DNA from: Atractiella rhizophila
Lineage: Eukaryota
DNA: 37,461 bases
Direction of reading: 5' to 3'
Assembly (NCBI GenBank): GCA_021432655.1
Contig: MU271218.1
Coordinates: forward strand, 1-37,461
This document shows, one piece after another, positions 1 through 11,017 of this stretch. The notes beneath the pieces were generated by a model that searched no databases, was not told the DNA's origin, and saw nothing but the letters and a program-made list of their open reading frames with translations. The number at the start of each line of letters is the position of its first letter. Positions within the stretch are counted from its first letter, which is position 1. The position numbers were made by a program, and so were the translations under genes.

Positions 1-2170
1 TCATTGGTGACCTCCATGCACGAAGCAAGCGTCGGTCGACGGTGATCCATGTAGTGCGAGCCGGAGTGCCACAGAAGTTGGAGAATGGGATGGGAGAGAG
101 AATAGGATGGCGGCGGCATGGAGCAGAGAGGCATAGAACGGCGACGAGTGAGAGCAGACGTGCGAAAGAAAGTGTGAGGGTCCCTCTGACACCTTATGTT
201 GATTATCGGCCTCCCGCCTCCCCCTTCGCTATCCGACTTCCAACGTTCGGTCCACGTTGGACTTCAAGCTTTCACGGGCTCAGTGGAGGGGTGAGAGACG
301 GTGGAGTGTGAGAGGAGGTGGAGTAAGTGTAGCAGAAAATGGAGCCGCGGAGCAAGGGACCTAGTGGGCATGTCAGTTAGGACACTTGTAGCAGGGAGAG
401 AGGAAGGGAGAAGCGGAATACTGCCACCAGAACTGAATGCCCCAACGAGGCCAGAGCGTGAAAAATGGAGGGAGGGTTGGGGGAATGCGGAATGAAGGAT
501 GAACCTTGGCGGAGAGGGATGCGAGGTGGAGCGAGAGGTAAGTGAAGCAAAAGGAGATGGCGGGGCGGAAACGGAGCGGGAGAGACGCTGGACGGTCATT
601 CTCCCGTTCTTCTGTGATCACCAACCGAACTCGTTCGCTCTGTCCAAATTTTCGTCATTTGATATGCCCGTCGCTCTCTGGGTTGATTTTAGATTACCAA
701 GATGATTGAGAAGCCGGACGAGCGATGGTGGAGTGGGAATGCATGCCTATGCAATGGTGGAGAGCGAGAAAATAGGCGCGTTGGCGAAAGATGGGGGTAC
801 AACTGGGGGATGGGCGAATGGGTGGGCCGCGACGTCTTTCTGTCCTCTTTTTCACCTCATCTGTGCGACAATCCAGTTCTCTGGCCATCACCAGTCACCA
901 CTACGCTTCGTGGTTGACTCCGATGTCGAGGACGAAACAAAGTTGGCAACAGGTGAGGGACGGCGGAAACGGGTTTGAGTGATGTCGGAGAGTGAAACGA
1001 GAGGGGTAGCGGTAGGTTAGAGAAAGCATCCCATGCCTCTCCCATGTCCACCGCAATTCCCGACCCCTGTGTCACTTCCGTCCTCTGCTTTTCGCAATCC
1101 GACTTTCAACTTGGCTTTGGCGTTCATTTCGGAGGGCATAGAGGTTACTAGAGGAGCGGAGGATGATGGGTGGCGAGAAGAGCAAGCAGGTGAGGAGGAG
1201 AGAGAGACGTCGCGAGAGAACCAACGCGAGGGGGTTACGGGAAAGCGGGATAGGTCGGAACGGGGTATTGAGACTGGTGCAGGATGGCGCTCACTGGGTG
1301 CCCGCGTCTCCTTTTGCGCCCCACGGTTCCCTCGCACTGCTCTCTTGCTTCGTAGCCTCGGCAGCGAAGGTAAGTAGGGACGTTGGGAGCGTCGAGCAGT
1401 GCTGAAGCGTGAAAGGGCTGCAGGAGGCAGAGTGGTGATGGGTGTACAGGGTGAATAGGCGAGGAACCTAATTCCTATGTCAATAAGTGCGATTGCAAAA
1501 AGAGGGAGAAGGAGGGTAAGGTCACCTCTTTCTCTGGTAACTCTTTGTACTATATAGGGCCTTTTAACCCTCCCTTGATCCAACCATGGGCCCTGTTTCC
1601 CACTCTTTTTCGCTCCTTCTTGCCCTGCACTGCCGATCGATTACTTGCTGCTCACACTCTCTTTCGCTGGTTAGCAGTCCAGGCACTTCCTTCTCGGTCA
1701 GTGCCGTCCGCCATGGTGTCGTGTCGTGCTTTGCTCTCCCTTTCCATCTTTGTTTTACTTCACCTTCCATTACGACCCATTCTGTTCACAATGCATCTTG
1801 AAATCTCCCCCTTCCTTCCTCTCGCTGATTGTCCTTGTCCATTCATCACTTGCTCGCACCAGAGCTACCGACTAAGTCGGCCCCGGTGTGTGGGAACGGT
1901 ACATGAGCAAAAGCGGGCGCTGGAAGGTAGCTACGGCGAAAGAGGAATGTGGACGTTAGCGGAGCTGAAGGATGACGGAGTAGGCTGAAACAGGATAGGG
2001 ACACCAAACCAGCCAGAGCGAAAGAGCGAGGAGACTGTGGACGGAAGAGAGGACGGATAGAGGTGAGGTGGAGAGGAATGGGACTGCATGACAGCTCAGA
2101 GCGGGAAGGAGGGAAGGACGGCGGAGGGACGGCGGAAGACGTGAGGCACAGCGGTGTGAGATGAGACGTA
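1..2170 (-). pseudogene. Unidentified decayed intron-containing gene X, unit 1
   Basis: Homologous block in every unit. Minus-strand introns at 1468..1525 (GTGACC..TTGAC..TTAG) and 361..421 (GTATTC..CTAAC/CTGAC..CTAG). Recurring peptide remnants such as LQP.HASALLD...PTYL.C.GY and LRQGS.FI. Confidence 0.5.
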
Positions 2171-2195
2171 TGCTGTTCGTAGTTTCGGAGAAGGA

Positions 2196-3885
2196 CTAAC
2201 TGAAAACTCGTTCGTTTTCGCTTTCCCAGGTCACATTGCCGACGCGGCGCGTTCCGAATGCGCAAGATCTTATCACAGCCGTCTGACATCCTTTTCTTCC
2301 TGTGCCCAACTTGCAACTAATCAAATGATGGATGCAAGTTCCATGCAAGAGCGTCTGTGGTTCCGACATCCGCGAATGGCAAGATCGCAGATTTCATGGT
2401 CAAAAGATGCTATGGTCTAGGGTCATGAAAATGCCAGCGTAGTCTTTGCTAGTACGTTTCCACCTCTGCCCTCTCCTCTCTCATCCACTTGCGAAATGAA
2501 CGCAGTTTGGCCCCAAAGTCACACACCTCAAGAAGGGAGATCGCGTCGAGCTCGATCCCCGAAAGACTTTTGGGTCGTGTTACCACTGCAAAAGCGGTAC
2601 CGGAAGGCCTGAGTTATGCCCTTCCATCAAGTTTGCTGCCACTCCTCCTTTCGTGAGTTTTCCTCTTCCTTCTGTCCACTCTCTGCTAAATGTTTGGGCG
2701 CTAACTGCATTGGATGGCCGGACGGATCTTTCCAAGGGTTCTACAAGCTCTGAGGTGACCTGTACGACTGCTCCCTCTCGACTTCTCCTCTCTTCGATCG
2801 CTCCCCAATCATGTCTATACTGGAAGCACCTGCAGGTTTCATGAGCACATTCAATTCCCTCTGCTCCATGGAATATCTTGTAGAATGAAACCGATTGGAC
2901 AGAACGTTTCCCTAAGAGAAGAAGCGATGGTGGTACCGCTCTCCGTGGCCTCCAAATGTGGCACATATCAGTGGATGAAAGCTGGGTAGTACATCCCCAT
3001 CTGCCGGTTCATCTCCCTCCGCTTTTCCTCTTCTGTCTGTTGAATAAAGAAGAATAATGTAGTTGTGAAGAGCTCGTCCCGTTGGACTCTTCGCACACTC
3101 GGTCGCGAGATGCTAGAAAGACAATCACTATTGACATCCAAGAGCATAGGCTAGCTTTCGCAAACGAATATGTGGGATTGGAGGAGTTTGATCCTTCTGA
3201 ACGTGCGTCCGATGCTCACCTCTCTTATGCTATTCTGTCTTACTTTTTTTTGCGCCGGCTTGTTTATGGGTCGTGGTTTAACGGAGGAGGGTGAGTAGGG
3301 GATTGCTATTCGCGCAGGATCGCGAGGTTCATGAAAGAGTAGGTCAGGGTTGCAGACAGGGATTAGATGGTATCAACCTGGCCGTAGACTGCATGGAGGC
3401 TGAGGTTCGTTTCTCCTTCTTTCCTATCCTGCACTTTCGGATATTGGTGCACTAAAACCATGCACGCATGAGAACAGGCGTGCATCTAGACCGCCCTCTA
3501 TCTGGTCAAGCACAGCAGAACGACGTCTAGGTGTGAATGGGCAACACCTTCGTCCAACAGCCCGTCACCGCCTCAGGAAGAAAGTGTCCATCAAGGGTTT
3601 CTTCCGGTGAGTCCTCCCTCCTACAGCTTGCTCGTAAACATTGCACTGACCTCTTCTGTTTGGTGGCGTAGATAAGGACCCGGCACGCATGCCCGCAATA
3701 GATTTGGTAGCCAGCACAAGTTTGAAGGCGCCAGTCCGGACATTGACACCACGCAGGTCCCTCTAACCTCCATTTCGTCCCTCGTTCTTTTCCCTGTTCA
3801 TGTGAGGTCCTAGTGATGATTCGTTGTTGGACGCGAAAGGAGAGGATGGAGAGGGCACAATCAAAAGCGTCATCGACGGATGGAT
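2196..3885 (+). pseudogene. Xylitol/sorbitol dehydrogenase (Zn-MDR) relic, unit 1
   Basis: Motifs in the expected order: ENSFVF (2202), VCGSDI (2353), KIADFMVK/AMVLGHE (2381-2429), THLKKGDRV (2521), ELCPSIKFAATPPF then a gtgagt donor (2610-2658), NVSL..AMV.PLSVA (2903), IDIQEHRLAFANEYVG (3130), GIDL/VDC-like (3369) and IKSVIDG (3860). Many frameshifts. Confidence 0.85.
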
Positions 3886-4199
3886 ACGACGATGATTGAA
3901 CATTGCAACTCTTGGCCCTGGCATGAAGGAATCAAGGGAACAAAAAGGCAGGATTTTGTACCACCAAATGTGTTGATGAAATGATACCAATGTTGTACCA
4001 TTTCTTCGACCGTCAAGTGCAGCTCCTTTTACTCAGAGACTGAGACCTGAGCTAAGGGTAAAAAGATGATTAGCATGCAATTCATGACCATGGTTTCCAA
4101 GAGGTGCAACTCTTTCATGCATCAGCAGAAGTGCTTCAAGGAGAGAAGACATCCTTAAAAATACACAATGAAATGTTATGATCTTCATTATGCACGTTT

Positions 4200-4620
4200 T
4201 GGGAACAAATAAGCTAGAAAGGTCATCATGCCTCTCTGAGGCTCAACATCAAACCTCAACTTCTCTTCCCATCCATCTCATCCATCTTCATATCCCTATC
4301 CTCCTGATCCCGAAAAACCAACGGATAAACTTTAGAAACCGAATGTTTCCAGTCAGCAATAGTATATCGGTATAATTTGGATGGCATTGTATTCTAACAA
4401 TGCGTGTGAAAAGAACGTGTGAGAACAGGGTTCGAACATTCCAGCTTTGTGAGATGTGATGCATTGAGAGGGGATGGATGGGCGCATAGCATCGTCCAGA
4501 ACGAAGCCCAGCCCTATTACCAGTCACCAATTTTCAATGCTGTGTTAGACAGAGAGGGATACAAACTGCGCACCTTCTTCTCGTGCCTTCTCTAGAACCT
4601 CAGTCAAAAGCCTGCGAATC
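4200..4620 (-). pseudogene. Decayed duplicate of the F-box/LRR C-terminal region, unit 1
   Basis: ORF 4288..4530 contains FLKFIRWFFGIR, matching FSDFICWFFGDR of the intact genes. Confidence 0.55.
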
Positions 4621-6465
4621 TCAGTGTCGCTCGTCTCCACCCTCCCGAACCCATCTAATATCGTCATCCTCGCTCACCCCACACTCTGTCAGCGTCCTCC
4701 TGGCCATGCATATCTCTCCCTCACGCCACGCTCCAAAGAACAGCTTGACCGTCAAATAGCGTCCACTCGCTGTTTCTGCCTGTTCAGCTTCATCCAACAT
4801 ATTCCCCTCCTTCTTGACGCCCCTGTCCCCAAAGAACCAGCAGATGAATCTGGGAATATGTGCCCTGTGAACTCCCAGTCCACCACACAGTACTCAACAT
4901 CTATGTGCTTTATCAGATTTGCACTTATGAGGGTGTGGAAGAACTGGGGCGAAACGAGATTTGAACTTTCCTCACCACCGTCGAGGTAGAGCTCAGTGAG
5001 ATGTTTGAGGTGTGATAAGTTGAGCGGAGTGGGGAGCATGGAGATCTTTCCAGCAGGCCAGTAGGGGGCGAGCTTGATCTCGAGATATTCTAGGAGAGGC
5101 GGCAAGCAGGACCCTGAGACGGAGGGAGGGAGCGGACACAAATTGGAGAGACACAGCCATATAAGGGTTTGTGGGAGGGAAAGTAATGGGAGAGGCGGGT
5201 AAGCGTAAAGCGCTAGGCTTTTGAGGTCAGATGATAATTGAAGGCCTGGTGATGTCGACGAGGCAGAGTCCTCCACGTTGTCAGCACGGAAGGTTCTGAT
5301 CCTGTCACCCATCCTCCACACAAAATTCTCGACCGCATCCTTCTTCCACTTTCTCGAACCCTGTCCTCCAAACCATATGTAATCCGGCCTAGTCAAGCCT
5401 TCAATTGCGTGCAACACAGTCTTCGCCTCCTCTTCACTCCAAAATGCATCCATCCGGACTGTTGTCACATTCGGTGAGCCAGCGATGATGTCTTTCGCCA
5501 TTTCAACGCTAACATCATCTTCAAACATTCTTTCAAACTGGAGGGACGTCCACAAACGTCCGGCATGAGGATATTGTTTCAAACGAGCATACCTGTCCTT
5601 CATCGAAACAAACAAATCATCCAAATATGGGACTGAAACAGCCTTCCAGAGCCGACAGACGGCAGAAAGTCGCTGGAAGGAAACGAGATATTCTTTATTG
5701 AGACCCTCGACAAACTTTTCATTCTTATCAAATGAAAGGAACTCAATGAGGAGAGAGAGAATCTCTGTGGGTAGCTGTGCGATAGTGCATGGATTATTCC
5801 CTGGAGTTTGAGTTGGGCAGAGTGAGAGTTGGATGGTGGTCCCCAGAGCGGTGGATGGAATGGTTGATTCCTCCCAATGGTTGATAGGAACGAAACGGTG
5901 TTCCTTGTTAGAATATCGGGCGACGGGTTTGAAGATGACCTCAGAGCGATTATCTGGAAGATGAAACATGCATGTGAAGGGCTTCAGAGACAGGTCCTGG
6001 GAATCCATGGAAGCATGATGTTTGGTATCCCCAAACGTTACCGTAATAGTTTTCTCCTCCAAAGCGATGCAAAGATCCAGTGTGCCGTCGGATTCAACTA
6101 CATTTTCAAGACCTTCCAGAGAGAAGGAGAACAATTTTGACAATGAGGTACTCCAGATTCGAAGAGGCAAGTCAAACGTGATCCGGAGGGTGTCAATTGA
6201 TGGAAGGAGGCGAACAAGGAAAGATGGAAGAACAGAGAGGTGGACTGGAATGCCATGCTCTAACATTACTGCGGTAATGAGATGAACCAGAGCAGTTGAG
6301 TCTGTTTCCTGGCTGTCCTTGTGTGAAATCGACGTTTTTCTTTTTTTCATTCTGGGAGATAAGATGCTGGACTAAAGCCCACAAACCCATGTTAAACGAG
6401 ACAAGAGAGGGAGAACGATCAGATCATGCCTGCATTGCCTCAGCATGTTGCCCAACTTGAACCAC
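4621..6465 (-). pseudogene. F-box/LRR-like protein, copy 1 (probable pseudogene)
   Basis: ORF 4752..6350 has the F-box motif QLPTEILSLLIEFL...RLSAVCRLWKAV and LRR-like strands. One base is missing at ~4847-4849 (gatgaa-tctg vs gatgaaatctg/gatgaagtctg in paralogs). Restoring it gives FICWFFGDRG...WVREGGDERH* ending at 4621. The homologous exon-1 start codon is GTG (6463-6465); intron 6372..6429. Confidence 0.8.
6372..6429 (-). other. 58-nt GC-AG intron, F-box copy 1
   Basis: Minus strand CAG|GCATGA...pyrimidine tract...TTTAAC...TTTAG|TCC; phase 0. Confidence 0.7.
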
Positions 6466-6585
6466 TCGATGTTCTCTGTGGAATGATCAGAGATTGCAAC
6501 GCCGTTGGTAGGAGTAGATGGATTCCACGACTGTTTAGGCCGCTGTTAGGGGTGAAGTGTAAGTGGAAGCAGGTGTCCGGACGTA

Positions 6586-8090
6586 GGTGGCGAAATGCGA
6601 AATGAAGGGCGAACCACGGCGCAGAAGGTTAGTGCAGCAAAAAGAGATGGCCGCGGTCGAAAAGGAGTAGAAGAGACGCAGGGACAGTCTTTCACGCGTC
6701 TTTCTGCGATCATCGACTGAATTCGACCGCTCTGCCAACCATTTTCACCATTTGAAGTGCCTCTCATGCTTTGGGTTTATTTTAGATGACCATTTGGCGA
6801 GAGAAGGTGGAAGGGATTGGTGGAGGGGGGAATAGCCAATAGTAGAGGGCAAGAGAATGGGCGAGGCGACGAAACACGGTGCCACGAGTGGGTGGGCAAA
6901 TGAGTTGGCAGGGACTTATTTATGGCCTCATTTCCGACCCCATCTGAGCCACAGTCCACCTCCTTCGCCGTTTCGCAGTTGACGTTGTGATGCCTACGGT
7001 GAAGCAAGTTGCTTAGAGTCGAAGGACGGCTGAAGCAGGCTTGGGGATGTTAGAGAGCGAGGTGAAACGAGAGGCAACTGTGGGTGAGAGAAAGTATATC
7101 ACGCCCCTCCGATGTCCAGGCTTGATCCCCGACCCGCTGTGTCAGCTCAATCCTCTACAATCGCGATCCGACCTCCAACTCGACCTGGCGTTCATTTCGG
7201 AGGACAGAAAGGTTGGTGGTGGTGGAGGAGCGGAGGATGATGGATGTCGGTGGGGTGTGGGGAGAGAGGGATGCTGGAGCGAGAGAGGTGAGTGGCGTGG
7301 CAAGGGTTATGGGAAGTGGGATAGGTCGGATGGAGGTATTGAGACTGGTGCAGCGGGGCGGCGCTTCCTGCTTCCCTCTAACTGCTCTCTCGCTTCGTAG
7401 CACGGCAGTGAGGATAACTCAGGACGCTGGGAGGGTCGAGCCGTGCTGAGGCGGGACGGGGTTGCAGGGGAAGAGGACGATGGTGGATACAGGGACGGGG
7501 GGAGGAACCTAATACCATGTCAGTAAAAGAAAATGCAAAAAGCGAGAGAGGGAACGAGACGGTCCCCTCTTCTCGTACCTCTCTGCCTCCATCTCTGTCA
7601 CACGTCGCCTTCCATTATGCACCATTCTGTTGGCAACTTATTCCCTCCCTCCTTCGCGCTGATTGTACTTGTCTATTCATCACTTGCGCACACCCCCACT
7701 ACCGTCTACTCTCCCTGCGCCTCCCCACCCTGTAGAGCCTGCTCTGTCACCAGCTGTCCAAGTATTTCGGTTAGTACCCTTCACCCGTAGCCCAGGAAGG
7801 GTACACCTGCAAAAGAGGACGGTGGGGGATAGCTGCGGTGAAAATGTACTGTGGAGGAGAGAAGTGCTGGAGGGGATGACGAAGGAGGGACACTAGAGTG
7901 AAGGAGACCAGCGAGACGCAAGCGAGGTGAGGCTTGGGACTGCATGAAAGAAACGGCTAGTTCAGAGCGAGAAAGAGGAACGGCGGCGGAGATCGAGAGA
8001 CGATGAGGACGTTCGGAGACGGTGCACTAGTGACTGCTTGCGGAGGCGGAAGAGATGAAAGGAGCTGGCGAGGAGCTGGAGCATGATGAC
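6586..8090 (-). pseudogene. Gene X relic, unit 2 (3' part deleted)
   Basis: Colinear similarity to ~480..2170 and 28450..29990. Confidence 0.45.
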
Positions 8091-8099
8091 CGACGCTTT

Positions 8100-9300
8100 T
8101 ACGGGTCAAATTCGCGACGCGCCGCGTTCCCAATCATGATGCGCAAGCAAGGATCTCACGAGACACCACTCTGTCTTCCTTTCTTTCCTATGTTCGACTT
8201 GCAAAAGAATGGATGCAGGATCCACGCAAGAACATCTGTGGTACCAATGTCTGCCCGTGTGCATGGGCAAGATCGCAGATGCCATTATCAAGATCCTACA
8301 GTATCGTCTAGAGTCACGAAACTGCAATAGTCGCTGCTGGTACGTCTCCACCTCTCCTCTCTCGTCTCGCTTGCTAAAGAAAATGAACATAGTTTGACAC
8401 AAAGTCATCCACTCAAGAAGGGAGATCGCGTCGCATTTGAGCCCGGAGAGAGACTTTTAGGACATGTCCTGACTGCAAGGCGGGAAGGTATGAGCTATGC
8501 CCTTCCATCAAGTTCGTCGTGACCCCGCCTTTCGTGAGTATTCCTCTTCCTTCTGTGGTACATGTTTGGGTTCTAACTCATTGGATGGCCGGACGGAACT
8601 CTCCGCGGGTCTACAAGCTCCAAGGCGACCTGTACGATCTGTCCCTCCCGTCTATTCCTCTCTCCGATCGCTAACTATGACTTATCATGTCTGCAGTGGA
8701 AGCGCCTACACTTCCGGATGTGCTTTCGATTCCCTGCTCGCAGGGATTATCTTGTAAAACAACACCGACTGGACTGAACGTTTCCCTAGAAGAAGGAGCG
8801 AGGGTCGAACCGCTCTCCGTGGCTGTCCAAAGCGTGGGACATATCAATGGATGAAAGCTGGGTTGAACGTCGCCATCTGCGGATTCATCTTCCTCGCCCT
8901 TCTCCTCCTCCACCGGTAAAAGAAAACAATACTAACGGTGTTGTGAAGACCTGATCTGTAGGAACCCTCGCACAGGCGGTCGCGAAGGCCTTTGCCACTA
9001 GAACGATAATCGCCGTCGAGATTCAAGAGTGGTAGGATCACTTTGGCGAACAAAGGCGTGGGATCGAAGTTCATGCCCCCCAGACGTGCGTCCAACTCTA
9101 ACGTCTCTTATGCATGACTTGTCTCATGTTTCCGTTTCTTTTTGACCATCGTGTTTTTGCGTTTGTGGTTTCGCGAAGGAGGGAGAGCAGAGGATAGCGT
9201 ACTCGAGGACGACCGCGAGGTTCATGAAGAGGAGTTCAAGGTTGCATACTACGGATTGGAGGGTATCGACCTCCCTGTAGACATTACGGGAGGTGTGGAC
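8100..9300 (+). pseudogene. XDH/SDH relic, unit 2a (5' two-thirds)
   Basis: HGKIADAIIKDP, KKGDRVAFEP, CKAGRYELCPSIKF, NVSLEEGARVEPLSVAVQ (8777-8830), LAQAVAKAF..IIAVEIQE and EEFKVA..GLEGIDLPVDITG; disrupted. Confidence 0.85.
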
Positions 9301-9349
9301 CAGGAGAATGGGGTCTTGTTCCCCGTTCCAACCTCGACATCCCAGCACA

Positions 9350-10270
9350 ACATTTTGTGAGCCGGGAGTAGGCGCTCGTGTGTCTTAGGCGGTATGCTAC
9401 CGCTCCTTCATGTGCCATGTATATATGGGCAGAGAGTTGAGGTGAGTTTCGAGGAGACCGTATCCACCTCGAGCGCGGAGAGTCATGTAGGATGTGCTAC
9501 GAATCCAATGCGGGAAGGTGCGAGCTCTGTCTCTTCATCGAATTCCCCGCTACTTTTCCTTCCGTGAACTTTCCCTCTTCCCTCTCTCTCCTTTTCGTGG
9601 TACGCGACTTCGTGCTGACTTGATTGGTTGGCAGGGCGGTCGTTGCGAGACTACAGACTATGGCAAGACTTGTACATTATTTTACAATACCCCTCCGCTC
9701 TCCAAACGCTGACTTATCTGGTCCGTGATGACAGAGCCTACAGATTTCCCGATGTACGTTCCAGGTCCCCTACTCTCGCCGAATATGTCGTATAACGGAC
9801 TGCTGGTGTGATAACAGAACGTCTCCGTAGATGAAGGGTTCCATGATCGAACTGCTCTCCGTGATCCTTCAAAGCCTAACACGCATCGGAGTATGAAAGC
9901 AAAGTAGAAGGTTGAACTTTACCTTCATCGGGTTTATCTCCCTCCCTTTCTCTTATACCCTTCGAATAAAAAGTCAATACGCGCCAACTTGTGTTGTGAA
10001 CGGCCGATCCAAGAGTGCTACTCGCGCAGGCAGTCGCGAAGCCGATAGGTACTTAAAGGATAAAGCTGTCGATATTTAGGAGCGTAGGCTAGCTTTCGCA
10101 AACAAGTACGTGAGGGATGCAATTCGCATCTTTAAGACAATAAAGACTTGCCAACTCTCTTCTCTGCTGCCTTGATGTCACAAAGTTGAAACCTAGTGAC
10201 GATAGTTGGCCCTAGGACGTGAAGAGAGGGGATGAGGAGGACGGGATAAAGACCACCGATGGATACGACG
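9350..10270 (+). pseudogene. XDH/SDH relic, unit 2b (internally deleted)
   Basis: GDRIHLERGESCRMCYE.NAGRCELC, NVSVDEG..MIELLSV, LLAQAVAK and RLAFANKYV, then fused at ~10112 directly to RDAIRIFKTI; ends in an IKT.DG-like segment. Confidence 0.8.
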
Positions 10271-10559
10271 ACAATTGAGCCTTGCAGCTACGTGAATGCA
10301 ACTCTCGGGCTATTAAGGAATTGAAGGAACACAAAGTACTACACAAAGGGTGGAATGTCACCACTATTACACCACAGCTTCGATCTTCAATGGCAGCTCA
10401 TTCTGTTCTTGATTAGTCCATCATCGAATGTACAAGTCGTCGTCAACCGTAAGAACAACTCAGGCAAGACTCAAAATGTGAAGGGCTTTTTACATTGTGG
10501 CACATTTTGGACGGAACTTGATGTCTTCGGCGCTTTTACAGGGAATCAGTAGAATTGTT

Positions 10560-11017
10560 TGCATGAGAAAAGACATCCGTAATACACACAGCTAGCGTCC
10601 TCCTCACAAACCCGGTCTCCCATGCCCTGAAGCTTCCTCAAGGAAATGAAATAATCATCAACAGCAATTCTACTTCTTCCCATCCATCGTGACCCACAAA
10701 TAAACACTGGGAGACTGACTCACTCTACGCGGCACGAAATAGCTATGACCTTCACCTCATTCTGTTCTAATAGTGTGTAAGGACAGACTCGGTGCAGACG
10801 GGGTTATAAGATTGCGGATAACCACCGAGCACGAGGGAGGTGACCTTTATGAGGTGCAGTATGGGGAACGGATGGAGGGATGGCATTGTCCCGAACGAAG
10901 TTCAGCCCTGTTCCTGTCACCCATTTCAATGCTGTGTTCGATGGAGAGGGACTCGAACCACGCACCTTCTTCTCGTGTCTTCTCTGGAACACGAGTGAAA
11001 TCTGAGTATCTCCAACA
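10560..11017 (-). pseudogene. Decayed duplicate of the F-box/LRR C-terminal region, unit 2
   Basis: Homologous to the unit-4 relic; reads HLIKVTSL and LPVFIC on the minus strand. Confidence 0.5.

Noticed and set aside
1370..1423. Plus-strand GTAAGT...GCTGA...CAG apparent intron (similar GTAAGT at ~538)
   Set aside because: Purine-rich, unlike the other introns here. The flanking pyrimidine-rich introns point to the minus strand, where this reads as coding (ACT TAC, Thr-Tyr). Not fully excluded.
8101..10112. RIP-like hypermutation of the duplicated segments
   Set aside because: The duplicates stay GC-balanced with abundant CpG/CpA, and the differences include transversions and indels. No directional C-to-T excess is evident by eye; this was not computed.
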